Shown: positions 10,562 through 19,451 of the stretch, one piece after another
Layout: every line of letters begins with the position of its first letter
Numbering within the stretch: the first letter of the stretch is position 1
NCBI RefSeq assembly: GCF_001598795.1
Contig: NZ_BCZP01000006.1
Location: 90,001-122,000 of the forward strand
DNA: 32,000 nucleotides
Origin: Delftia acidovorans NBRC 14950
Lineage (GTDB): Bacteria > Pseudomonadota > Gammaproteobacteria > Burkholderiales > Burkholderiaceae_C
Direction: 5' to 3'
Translations under genes and position numbers: made by a program
Notes under the pieces: generated by a model
The model's input: the letters and a program-made list of their open reading frames with translations, nothing else
Database searches by the model: none
Told to the model about the DNA's origin: nothing

Positions 10562-11356
10562 ATGGGGGAACCTACAATGAGGCCCCGAGAGACTGACCAC
10601 ACCATGAATCCTGCTGCGCCGGCTGCCGATGCCGCCCCCACCTCCTCCCTGATCGATCCCAAGCTCGCCATGGGATGGATGCACACGACGCGCTTTTTGA
10701 CGACGGCTGCGCAACTGCACCATCTTCCCAAGGTCGATGTGCCCGAGATCGCGTTCGTGGGCCGCTCCAATGCCGGCAAGTCCACCTGCATCAACACGCT
10801 GACGCAGCAAAAGCAGCTGGCCTTCGCCTCGAAGAAGCCCGGCCGCACGCAGCACATCAACCTGTTCTCCCTGGGCAAGCAGGGCGTGACCGACGCCGTG
10901 CTGGCCGATCTGCCCGGCTACGGCTACGCCGCCGTGTCGCGCACGGACAAGCAGCGCTGGCAGCGCGTGATGCTGAACTACCTGGTCAGCCGCGAGAGCC
11001 TGACGGGCATCGTGCTGCTGTGCGATCCGCGACTGGGCCTGACCGAACTCGACGAAGCCTTGCTCGATGCCCTGCGCCCGCGCGTGCAGGAGGGCCTGAA
11101 GTTCCTCGTGCTGCTGACCAAGGCAGACAAGCTCACGCGCGCCGAGCAGGCCAAGGTGCTGTCCATCACGCGGCTCAATGCCGGCGGTGGCGAGGTGCGC
11201 ATGTTCTCCGCGCTGAAGAAGCAAGGTGTGGACGAGGTGGCCCAGCTGCTGTGGCACTGGAGCCATCCCGAAGGGCTGGCCCAGCCGGCCGCCGCTGCAC
11301 CGCAGGAGAACGTCGCAGCCGCGACGCCCGGCGAGAGCGACAGCCCCCAAGATTAG
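10562..11356 (+). CDS. engB: Ribosome-biogenesis GTPase EngB/YihA (start codon uncertain: 10562, 10577 or 10604)
   Basis: G1 GRSNAGKST, G3 DLPGYG and G4 TKADK. FLTTAAQLHHLP is the conserved pre-G1 segment. The protein has Ala/Pro-rich N- and C-terminal tails. Confidence 0.88.
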   Translation: MGEPTMRPRETDHTMNPAAPAADAAPTSSLIDPKLAMGWMHTTRFLTTAAQLHHLPKVDVPEIAFVGRSNAGKSTCINTLTQQKQLAFASKKPGRTQHINLFSLGKQGVTDAVLADLPGYGYAAVSRTDKQRWQRVMLNYLVSRESLTGIVLLCDPRLGLTELDEALLDALRPRVQEGLKFLVLLTKADKLTRAEQAKVLSITRLNAGGGEVRMFSALKKQGVDEVAQLLWHWSHPEGLAQPAAAAPQENVAAATPGESDSPQD

Positions 11357-11401
11357 CGCCCGGAGGCGCTCGTGTAGCCAGCGCCCCGCAAGGAGCGCAA
11401 C

Positions 11402-12313
11402 ATGGTGACCACCTGCATTCGTGAGCTGCCTCACGGCATCCATCTGCACTGCCGCGTCAGCGGCGAACCCGGCCGGCCGTTGCTGCTGTTCCTGCACGGC
11501 TTTCCCGAAGGCAGCTTCATCTGGGAAGGCATGCTGGAGCAGTTCGGCACGCAATGGCGTTGCGTCGCCCCCGATCTGCGGGGCTTTGGCCGTTCCAGCC
11601 AGCCGGCCGGCGTGGAGCAGTACAAGGCCAAGCACCTGCTGCAGGATCTGGCGGCGCTGATCGCCATCGAAAGCCCTGGCGCACCCGCAGCCTGCGTGAT
11701 CGCCCACGACTGGGGCGGTGCCCTGGCCTGGGGTCTGGCCAATCGCCATCCCGGGCTGATGCAGCGGCTGATGATCCTCAACGCCCCGCATCCAGGCGCC
11801 TTTCTGCGCGAGTTGCTGGACAACCCCGTGCAGCAGGCCGCAAGCCAGTACATGCATTTCCTGCGCCGCCCCGATGCGCCCGCCCTGCTGGCCGACAACA
11901 ACTGGCAGCGCATGCTGGGATTTTTCCGCACACCGCAGGGCGAGCTGCCCGGCTGGCTCACGCCGCAGCTGCAGCAGCGCTACCGCGAGCACTGGGACCT
12001 GGGCGTGCAAGGCTCCTGCCACTACTACGGCGCCAGTCCCCTGGTGCCGCCCCGGCCCGAAGATCCGGCCTCAGCCGACGCACTGCGCAACCTGAGGCTG
12101 CCGCCCGAGATGCTGGACATCGGCGTGCCCACGCATGTGCTCTGGGGCGACAGCGACCCGGCGCTGCAGCCTGCCCTGGTCGAAGGTCTGGAGCCGTGGG
12201 TGCCGCGCCTGACGGTGCAGCACCTGGCAGGCACTTCGCACTGGGTCGTGCACGAGCAGCCCGATGCGGTGCGGCAAGCGCTGGAGCAGTTCCTGTCCCG
12301 CCCCGTTCAGTAG
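11402..12313 (+). CDS. Alpha/beta hydrolase, epoxide hydrolase / haloalkane dehalogenase-like
   Basis: AAGGAG at 11390-11395, 6 nt before the ATG. HGFPE oxyanion motif, AHDWGG nucleophile elbow with Asp, and a C-terminal GTSHWV with the catalytic His. Confidence 0.85.
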   Translation: MVTTCIRELPHGIHLHCRVSGEPGRPLLLFLHGFPEGSFIWEGMLEQFGTQWRCVAPDLRGFGRSSQPAGVEQYKAKHLLQDLAALIAIESPGAPAACVIAHDWGGALAWGLANRHPGLMQRLMILNAPHPGAFLRELLDNPVQQAASQYMHFLRRPDAPALLADNNWQRMLGFFRTPQGELPGWLTPQLQQRYREHWDLGVQGSCHYYGASPLVPPRPEDPASADALRNLRLPPEMLDIGVPTHVLWGDSDPALQPALVEGLEPWVPRLTVQHLAGTSHWVVHEQPDAVRQALEQFLSRPVQ

Positions 12314-13173
12314 ACCGAAGGCTCGCCCTCGGGCCGGGTCTTGAAGCGCCTGTGCACCCAGTAGTACTGGTCGGGCATGGTGCGAATCACCGCTTCCAAC
12401 TCGCGGTTCATGCGTGCCGTGTCGGCCTCGGCATCGTCGGTGGGAAAGTCCGTCCAGGCCGGCGTGATCTCGGCCACGTAGCCCGTGGGCGTCATGCGCG
12501 TATACATGCCCAGCACCTTGGCCCGGCCCAGGCGTGCAAAGCGCGACAGCGAGGGGATGGTGGCCGCGTTCACGCCGAAGAAGGGCACGAAGACCGAGTC
12601 GTTGCGGCCGAAGTCCATGTCGGGCAAAAGGTACAGCAGCCCGCCCTTGCGCAGGCTGGAGATGATGGGCTTGACCCCGTCGGCGCGGTTGAGCATGCGC
12701 ACATCGCCAAAGCGCTGGCGCCCCGACATGAACCACTCATCGACCGCCGGGTCCGGGTGGGTGGAAAAAATCGAGGTGAAAGGCCGCGTGGTGTGCAGCG
12801 GCAGCGCCAGGCCACCCGCATCCATGCTGTAGAAATGCGGCGCGAACAGGATGGTGGGCGTATCGCCATCGAGCTCATGCACGGCGCCCTGCAGCTTCAC
12901 GCGCTCGGCCACCACCTCGCGCGGCGCGGCCCACAGCCAGCTGCGGTCCAGCCAGGTCTGGCAAAAGACGATGAAGTTGCTGCGCGCCAGCTCCACGCGC
13001 TGCGCCTCGGTCAGCTCGGGAAAGCACAGCGCAAGATTGCGCAGCGCCACCTTGCGGCGCGGAGCCGCCAGCACGAACAGCACACGCCCCAGAAACGCAC
13101 CCAGCCCCCGCAGCCACGGCAGCGGCATCCAAGCCAGCGATCGCATCAGCCACACGCCGATGCGCCCGCTCAT
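12307..13173 (-). CDS. lpxL: Lipid A biosynthesis late acyltransferase (LpxL/HtrB family)
   Basis: 288 aa with an N-terminal membrane anchor. HX4D motif in APHFYSMDAGG. LPDMDFG and PDQYYWVHRRFK are typical of the family. Its ATG overlaps the stop of the upstream paralog (ATGA at 13170-13173). Confidence 0.85.
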   Translation of the reverse strand: MSGRIGVWLMRSLAWMPLPWLRGLGAFLGRVLFVLAAPRRKVALRNLALCFPELTEAQRVELARSNFIVFCQTWLDRSWLWAAPREVVAERVKLQGAVHELDGDTPTILFAPHFYSMDAGGLALPLHTTRPFTSIFSTHPDPAVDEWFMSGRQRFGDVRMLNRADGVKPIISSLRKGGLLYLLPDMDFGRNDSVFVPFFGVNAATIPSLSRFARLGRAKVLGMYTRMTPTGYVAEITPAWTDFPTDDAEADTARMNRELEAVIRTMPDQYYWVHRRFKTRPEGEPSVY

Positions 13174-14021
13174 GCACCCACCTCGCCGGCAGCTGCTTCA
13201 CGGCGCGGCTGCTTGTAGCGCGCATAGCCCCACAGGTATTGCTGCGGGCATTGGCGGATGGTGTGTTCCATCGCCTCGTTGATCTGCTGCACCGCAGCTT
13301 CCAGATTCTCGGACAAGGGCACGGGCAACTCCTCAAGATACAGCGCATAGCCCCGCCCCCAGGACAAGCGCTCACAACGGGCCACGATCACCGCGGCCCC
13401 CGTCTGCAACGCCAGGCGCGCCGCCAGCGTCATCGTATAGGCATCACGGCCGAAGAACGGCGACCAGACGCCCTGCCCCTCGGGCGGAACCTGGTCTGGC
13501 AGCAGCCCCACTGCCATGCCCTTGCGCAGCGCCTTGATCATCTGTCGCACGCCGGCCAGCGTGGTCGGCACGGCCTGCACGCCGGGGCGGTTGCGCGCCG
13601 TCTCCATGACGCGGGCCAGCCAGGGCTGGCGCGCGGGACGGTAAAGAATGGTGATCTCGCCATGCTCGGCCGACCATTGCCGCGCCGCCTGCTGCACAGA
13701 CAGCTCGAAGCAGCCCAGGTGCGGCGTCAGAAAGATGATGCCGCGCCCGGCCGCGTAGGCCCGGCGCACGCATTCCTCGTTGTGCATCTCGCAGCTCGGC
13801 TGCCTGCCCATCCACATGCGCGGCAGCTCCGCCACCATGCGCCCCGCATGTCCCACAGCCGGCGCCACGGCGCCGAGGCCGTAGCCGGCCTGCCGGGCGT
13901 TGGCCAGAAAGCGGCGCCGGTACGTGGCCGAAGCGGCGAACGCCACCCAGCCCATGAGCGCGCCAAGGGGGTGCAATAGCCACAAAGGCAGTGCAGCAAA
14001 CAGTCGGAACAGGGATGGCAT
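13170..14021 (-). CDS. Second LpxL/LpxM-family lipid A late acyltransferase paralog
   Basis: 283 aa. HX4E motif in TPHLGCFELS, plus LLPDQVP and PQQYLWGYARYK. It is translationally coupled to the downstream lpxL-like gene and divergent from metK. Confidence 0.8.
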   Translation of the reverse strand: MPSLFRLFAALPLWLLHPLGALMGWVAFAASATYRRRFLANARQAGYGLGAVAPAVGHAGRMVAELPRMWMGRQPSCEMHNEECVRRAYAAGRGIIFLTPHLGCFELSVQQAARQWSAEHGEITILYRPARQPWLARVMETARNRPGVQAVPTTLAGVRQMIKALRKGMAVGLLPDQVPPEGQGVWSPFFGRDAYTMTLAARLALQTGAAVIVARCERLSWGRGYALYLEELPVPLSENLEAAVQQINEAMEHTIRQCPQQYLWGYARYKQPRREAAAGEVGA

Positions 14022-14157
14022 TAAAATGATGGGTGTCGCTGAGTTAACTGAGCAACTTGCAGAGCGACGTTAAACAATTTCTGCTAAAGCGTTCGCCAGA
14101 GCTCCTGCAGCTTGGGCAGCGCCCAGCAAAAAAGCTGCAACCAAGGAGTTTATTCAT

Positions 14158-15339
14158 ATGGCGAACGACTTTCTTTTCACCTCGGAATCCGTCTCTGAAG
14201 GCCATCCGGACAAGGTGGCTGACCAGATCTCTGACGCGATCCTGGACGCCATTTTCGCCCAAGACCCGTACAGTCGCGTGGCGGCTGAGACGCTGACCAA
14301 CACGGGCCTGGTGGTTTTGGCAGGTGAGATCACCACCGGCGCAAACGTCGACTACATCCAGGTCGCACGCGACACCATCAAGCGCATCGGCTACGACAAC
14401 ACCGACTACGGCATCGATTACAAGGGCTGCGCCGTGCTCGTGGCCTACGACAAGCAAAGCCAGGACATCGCCCAGGGCGTGGACAAGGCCAGCGATGACG
14501 AGCTCAACACCGGCGCCGGCGACCAGGGCCTGATGTTCGGCTACGCCTGCGACGAGACGCCCGAGCTGATGCCCGCGCCCATCTACTACGCGCACCGCCT
14601 CGTCGAGCGCCAGGCCCAACTGCGCAAGGACGGCCGCCTGCCCTTCCTGCGCCCCGACGCCAAGAGCCAGGTGACCATGCGCTACGTGGACGGCAAGCCC
14701 CACAGCATCGACACCGTGGTGCTGTCCACCCAGCACAGCCCCGACCAGTCGGAAACCGCCACCAAGATGAAGGCCAGCTTCACCGAAGCCATCATCGAGG
14801 AAATCATCAAGCCCGTGCTGCCCTCCGAGTGGCTGCAGGACACCAAGTACCTGATCAACCCCACGGGCCGCTTCGTTGTCGGCGGCCCCCAGGGCGATTG
14901 CGGCCTGACCGGCCGCAAGATCATCGTCGACACCTACGGCGGTGCCTGCCCCCATGGTGGCGGCGCCTTCAGCGGCAAGGACCCGACCAAGGTGGACCGC
15001 AGCGCCGCCTACGCTGCGCGCTACGTGGCCAAGAACATCGTGGCCGCCGGCCTGGCGCGCCAGTGCCAGATCCAGGTGGCCTACGCCATCGGCGTGGCTC
15101 GCCCGATGAACATCACGGTCTACACCGAAGGCACGGGCGTCATCCCCGACGCCGAGATCGCCAAGCTGGTGGCCGCCCACTTTGACCTGCGCCCCAAGGG
15201 CATCATCCAGATGCTGGACCTGCTGCGCCCCATCTACAGCAAGACCGCCGCCTACGGCCACTTCGGCCGTGAAGAGCCCGAGTTCTCCTGGGAGCGGACG
15301 GACAAGGCAGCCGTGTTGCGCGCTGCAGCCGGCCTGTAA
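14158..15339 (+). CDS. metK: S-adenosylmethionine synthetase
   Basis: AAGGAG 8 nt upstream of the [40 protein letters not shown] and [19 protein letters not shown] are canonical MetK motifs. Confidence 0.97.
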   Translation: MANDFLFTSESVSEGHPDKVADQISDAILDAIFAQDPYSRVAAETLTNTGLVVLAGEITTGANVDYIQVARDTIKRIGYDNTDYGIDYKGCAVLVAYDKQSQDIAQGVDKASDDELNTGAGDQGLMFGYACDETPELMPAPIYYAHRLVERQAQLRKDGRLPFLRPDAKSQVTMRYVDGKPHSIDTVVLSTQHSPDQSETATKMKASFTEAIIEEIIKPVLPSEWLQDTKYLINPTGRFVVGGPQGDCGLTGRKIIVDTYGGACPHGGGAFSGKDPTKVDRSAAYAARYVAKNIVAAGLARQCQIQVAYAIGVARPMNITVYTEGTGVIPDAEIAKLVAAHFDLRPKGIIQMLDLLRPIYSKTAAYGHFGREEPEFSWERTDKAAVLRAAAGL

Positions 15340-15380
15340 GCAAAATGCCAGGGGCGCTTGCCCCACCTGATGGCCTCCCG

Positions 15381-15417
15381 GCCCCATGCCGTGCCTGCCG
15401 CGACATGGGGCTTTTTT
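15381..15417 (+). terminator. Rho-independent terminator of metK
   Basis: GCCCCATG (15381-15388) pairs with CATGGGGC (15404-15411), followed by TTTTTT (15412-15417). It lies 42 nt after the metK stop. Confidence 0.8.
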
Positions 15418-15573
15418 CATCGCGGGCCTTCTCACAACACTCACATCACTTGACGCAGCAGGCGCAGTAACCGGGTTTCACGGCTGTTAAACTGCCTGCG
15501 CTTTTCCCATGAGAGGCCATTTGCAAGGCCAACCCATCCAAGCTCCGCCACATCCGAGACAAGACAAGAAGCA

Positions 15574-17583
15574 ATGGCTGCCTCCCCCAAAGCGATCTAC
15601 TGGTTCAGTGCCCTTCTTTTGCTGGCCATATTGGGCGTTTACCTGCCCGGCCTGAACAACGGGCTGTTGTTCGACGATATGCGCCTGACGGATGGAACGA
15701 TCTTCGGCAACTACGGCAGCCTGCTGGATTTCAAACAGCGCACGCTGTCGTATGGCAGCTTCGTCTGGATCGAACAGCTCTTTGGAGCCGGCTGGTGGAA
15801 GCAGCGCGTCTTCAATATCGCCTTGCATCTCGCAACCGTAGCGGCTTTGTATGCACTGTTCAAGGCCCTGCTGACGCAGACGCGCTTTCCGCATGACATC
15901 GAAGAGCAGCCCCATTTCCTCGCATCGCGCGATGCAGCCCTGCAGTTGGGCCTGATCCTTTTTGCACTGAACCCCGTCGCGGTCTACGCCGTTGGATACC
16001 TGGTGCAGCGCTCCATCGTCATGGCAACGCTGTTCGCGGTGCTGGCATGCTGGGCCTTTGTGCGCGGGCTTCAGAGCGGGCGCGCCCTGTGGCATGTCGC
16101 GGCATTCATCTGCTATGTGCTTGCCGTACTGTCCAAGGAGCATGCTTTTCTGACAGTCGCCATGGTGGTGCCGCTCTATATCTTTGTGCGGCGCCCCGGC
16201 CTGAAGGCTGCCATGGTCATTGTGGGAATGGCCTTGCTGCTGCTGGCCGTTGCCTCGGCGGCAGTCTTTCATTTCTTCGGCAGTCTGGTGGGCCAGATTT
16301 TCGATGAGCAATCCCAGGGCTATGCAAGGCAATTGGAAGCCCTTCAACCCGGCATCACCTCTCGGATCTATCCCCTGAGCATCCTCAACGAGGCAGCCCT
16401 TTTCTTTGCCTATGGCTTTCTGTGGATCGTTCCCTATGCGGGCTGGATGTCCATCGATCTGCGACCGGCATTTCCTCTCGGCTTCGGCTCGATCTGGCAC
16501 CTAGCCGGCGCGCTCGGTTACCTGGCCCTGCTGTCCTGCTCGATCTGGGCCGTGCTCAGGCGTCCCGGTGTCATTGGCCTGGTCGCGCTCTGCCTCCTGT
16601 TTCCCCTGCTCTGGTACGCGACCGAATTCGCCACGGTCTGGCTGCAGGACCCCTTCGTTCTGTATCGCAGCTATCTGTGGGCTGTGGCCATCCCGGGATT
16701 GGCGGCCATTGCGCTGACGGGGGTCAAACCACGCACCATCTACATCGTCGGCATCGTCATCGGCGTGGTGTTCGGAGCCCTCGCTTTCGAACGCGTGCTC
16801 TCTCTTCAGGATGTAGGCACATCCTGGGCCGATGCCGCTGAAAAAATCGACAAAAAAGCCCCCGCCAATGCCGTGGGACGTGGCCGTGCCTTCCTGAACG
16901 TAGGAACAGCACACGCAGACAAGGGCATGCTCGACCAGGCGCTGCAGGACTTCGCCACGGCCAACGCACTTGGAGACCTGGGAGGCAATGCGCTGTTCAA
17001 CATGGGTGCTGTGCTTTCTCAGCAGAAGAAATTCTCCGAAGCCCTGAATGCCTTCTGGGCAGCACAATCAAAGGGCTTCAACGGCCAAGCTCTGCATTAC
17101 CAAAAAGCCGAGGCGCTTTTGGCCCTGGGCCAACCTCGCGAAGCACTCCAGGAATACACCAAAGCACTCTCAGCGCCTGCGGAAGATACTGCCAGCGCCA
17201 AGCAGATGGAGCAAACCCTTCGCCTCAAGCGTGCAGAAACAGCCATCGGGGCTCAGCAATATCAGGTAGCCCTTGATGACTTTCAAATTCTGCTGAAAAC
17301 CTCGCCTAGCGCCCCTCGATTGATTGTCGGGATGGGTCTGGCCTTGATTGGCAAGGGCGAAAGTGCCCAAGCCAAGGAATTACTCAAACCGCTGGTAGCC
17401 CGCGACCCTAGCGCACCTGCGCTGTACGGTCTTGCCATGGCCTATCACGGCCAAGGAAATCTGACTGAAGCCCTGAAATACTTGGACCAGGCCATTCGGC
17501 GGGAGCCTCAAAATCCGCAATATAGGCAAATCCGTAACCAGTTGAGCCAACAGTCGGCGGCCAAACCCCAGCCAGCGAAGTAA
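15574..17583 (+). CDS. Polytopic membrane protein with C-terminal TPR repeats; TMTC/PMT-like GT-C glycosyltransferase candidate
   Basis: 669 aa. The N-terminal ~400 aa are multi-TM, with an acidic first-loop motif (GLLFDDMRL). NIALHLATVAALYALF, LILFALNPVAVYAVGYLVQR and LAVLSKEHAF resemble TMTC/DUF1736-type proteins. The C-terminal ~230 aa carry TPR-like repeats (e.g. YGLAMAYHGQGNLTEALKYLDQAIRREPQN). Confidence 0.7.
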   Translation: MAASPKAIYWFSALLLLAILGVYLPGLNNGLLFDDMRLTDGTIFGNYGSLLDFKQRTLSYGSFVWIEQLFGAGWWKQRVFNIALHLATVAALYALFKALLTQTRFPHDIEEQPHFLASRDAALQLGLILFALNPVAVYAVGYLVQRSIVMATLFAVLACWAFVRGLQSGRALWHVAAFICYVLAVLSKEHAFLTVAMVVPLYIFVRRPGLKAAMVIVGMALLLLAVASAAVFHFFGSLVGQIFDEQSQGYARQLEALQPGITSRIYPLSILNEAALFFAYGFLWIVPYAGWMSIDLRPAFPLGFGSIWHLAGALGYLALLSCSIWAVLRRPGVIGLVALCLLFPLLWYATEFATVWLQDPFVLYRSYLWAVAIPGLAAIALTGVKPRTIYIVGIVIGVVFGALAFERVLSLQDVGTSWADAAEKIDKKAPANAVGRGRAFLNVGTAHADKGMLDQALQDFATANALGDLGGNALFNMGAVLSQQKKFSEALNAFWAAQSKGFNGQALHYQKAEALLALGQPREALQEYTKALSAPAEDTASAKQMEQTLRLKRAETAIGAQQYQVALDDFQILLKTSPSAPRLIVGMGLALIGKGESAQAKELLKPLVARDPSAPALYGLAMAYHGQGNLTEALKYLDQAIRREPQNPQYRQIRNQLSQQSAAKPQPAK

Positions 17584-17594
17584 GGCCCTCTGCA

Positions 17595-19451
17595 ATGGCC
17601 CTGCGCATACTTCACGTCGGCAAATTCTTCCCCCCCTACCGAGGCGGCATGGAAGTCTTTCTGGCCGACCTGATACACGAGCAACGACGCCAGGGTGTCG
17701 ATGCCCATGCCCTGGTCCATGGTGATCCGGAGCCGGACGATCCACCGTGGCTGGAGCGCGTGCCCGTGCAGTTCAACCTTGTCTATGCCCCCATGGCCAT
17801 GGGATTCCGGCGCGCACTGGGCCGCGCCATCGAACGCATTCAGCCCGACGTACTGCACCTGCATCTGCCCAACAACTCGGCGCTTTGGGCACTGACCCTG
17901 CCCATCGCGCGGCGCGTGCCCTGGGTCATCCACTGGCACTCCGATGTGGTGGTGTCCAACATCAAGTGGTCCGTGGCATTGGCCTACATGCTGTACCGGC
18001 CGTTCGAGCAGGCCTTGCTGGAACGCGCCCAACAGGTATTCGCAACGTCGCCACCCTATCTTGAGGCCAGCAATGCCCTGCGTACCTGGCGCAGCAAATG
18101 CGAGATCGTTCCGCTGGGCCTGAACCTCGAAACCATTCCTGCACCAGCATCGCTGCAGCACAGCCAAGGCTGGCGCCCCGACACCCGGCTGCGCCTGTTG
18201 TCCATCGGGCGGCTGACCTACTACAAAGGCTTCGAGACCTTGATCCGAGCCGTCTCGGCCATGCCAGGCGTGGAGTTGCTGATCGCGGGAGAAGGCGAGC
18301 TGCGAGCATCCCTGGAAGAGCTGATACGCCAATGCACTCCTGAGGGCAGACAGGCCAGTGTGCGACTGGTGGGCTCGGTGTCGGACGAGGAAAAACATGC
18401 CTTGTTTGCAGAGTGCGACATCTTCTGTCTTGCCTCGCGCGAACGTACGGAAGCTTTCGGCATCGTATTGCTGGAGGCCATGCTGCACGGTAAGCCCTGC
18501 CTGGTAACCGACCTCCCCGGTTCGGGCATGCCCTGGGTAGTCGCCCACTCGCACGCCGGCCTGCATGTACCGTTTGAAGACATTGATGCCTGGCGCAGCA
18601 GCATTGCTCGCCTGCAGCACGACACGGCCCTCAGGCAGCGGCTGGGCCAATCGGGCTACAAGGCCTTGCATCGGTTTTTCAGCATCGGCCCCTGTGAACG
18701 AAGCGTGGCGCGCCACTACCGCAGCCTGGCCCCCGACACCCGCCCGGCAAGAGCACGCCAGGACTTGCTGGTTGTCATTTCCACGCGCAACAACGAAGCC
18801 GAGATTGCGCACCTGATACGTCGCGTGCATGCATTGGTCGAGGCCAGCGTCCTCGTCGTGGACAACCGCAGCACAGATGCCACCTGCCATGAAGCCGAGC
18901 AATGCGGCGCCAGGGTACTGCGCCCCTTGCTGGCAATGACCAATTGGGGCAGCCTGCAGACCGGCCTGCGCTACGCGCAGACCCATGGGTTCCAGACCGT
19001 CGTCACCATCGACGCTGAAGGTCGCTATGAGGTGGAGGAGCTGCCCACGCTGCTGGCACAACGCCAGCAGGCGGACATGGTCGTAGCCTACTTCGCCGAG
19101 CGCAACAGCCTGGTGCGCCGCATTGCGTGGCAATGGTTCCGCTGGTTGACAGGTTTTGGCCTGCGGGATTTCGTTTCTGGATTCAGGCTGTACAACCGGC
19201 AGGCGCTGGAGGTTGCGAGCTCCACCGAAGCGACCATGCTCGACTATCAGGATATCGGGACGTTGCTGCTGATGCGCCGCCAGGGTCTGCGCATTGCGGA
19301 GGTGGCACTGCCTTTGCATACGGCAAAGGTCAACAGATCGAAGATCTTCCGGTCATGGGGCAACGCGGTCCGCTACGTGGCCGTGTCTTCGCTGTTGAGC
19401 ATTGCCCATGGCAAGACCCGAAGCGGCTCGGCTTGCCCTCCCTCGATTTAG
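17595..19451 (+). CDS. Bifunctional glycosyltransferase: N-terminal GT4 (GT-B) fused to a C-terminal GT2 (Dpm1/GtrB-like catalytic domain without TM segments)
   Basis: 618 aa. The GT4 part is ~aa 1-375, with ILHVGKFFPPYRGGME and the EX7E motif TEAFGIVLLEAM. The GT2 part is ~aa 390-585, with LLVVISTRNNE, VVDNRSTD and a DXD-like TIDAEG. The start is 11 nt after the stop of the upstream GT-C gene. Confidence 0.8.
   Translation: MALRILHVGKFFPPYRGGMEVFLADLIHEQRRQGVDAHALVHGDPEPDDPPWLERVPVQFNLVYAPMAMGFRRALGRAIERIQPDVLHLHLPNNSALWALTLPIARRVPWVIHWHSDVVVSNIKWSVALAYMLYRPFEQALLERAQQVFATSPPYLEASNALRTWRSKCEIVPLGLNLETIPAPASLQHSQGWRPDTRLRLLSIGRLTYYKGFETLIRAVSAMPGVELLIAGEGELRASLEELIRQCTPEGRQASVRLVGSVSDEEKHALFAECDIFCLASRERTEAFGIVLLEAMLHGKPCLVTDLPGSGMPWVVAHSHAGLHVPFEDIDAWRSSIARLQHDTALRQRLGQSGYKALHRFFSIGPCERSVARHYRSLAPDTRPARARQDLLVVISTRNNEAEIAHLIRRVHALVEASVLVVDNRSTDATCHEAEQCGARVLRPLLAMTNWGSLQTGLRYAQTHGFQTVVTIDAEGRYEVEELPTLLAQRQQADMVVAYFAERNSLVRRIAWQWFRWLTGFGLRDFVSGFRLYNRQALEVASSTEATMLDYQDIGTLLLMRRQGLRIAEVALPLHTAKVNRSKIFRSWGNAVRYVAVSSLLSIAHGKTRSGSACPPSI

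Noticed and set aside
10562-10669. An unusually long Ala/Pro-rich N-terminal extension of EngB, considered as a separate feature or signal.
   Set aside because: Several in-frame ATGs exist (10562, 10577, 10604, 10670), so the extension may just reflect an over-long start call. This cannot be resolved without homolog alignment.
14101-14157. SAM-II-type riboswitch in front of metK.
   Set aside because: Only a generic hairpin and an AAAGCU-like string are visible. I cannot reproduce the pseudoknot consensus from memory, so it is reported only as an unexplained structured leader.
8995-19319. Other long antisense ORFs in the high-GC part: 8995..10272 (-), 10028..12022 (-), 11554..13218 (+), 14044..15444 (-), 15487..16500 (-) and 17508..19319 (-).
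   Set aside because: Each lies opposite a gene with strong family motifs (zwf, engB/hydrolase, lpxL, metK, GT-C, GT4-GT2) and has low-complexity Arg/Ala/Gly/Pro composition. I treat them as GC-driven artefacts.
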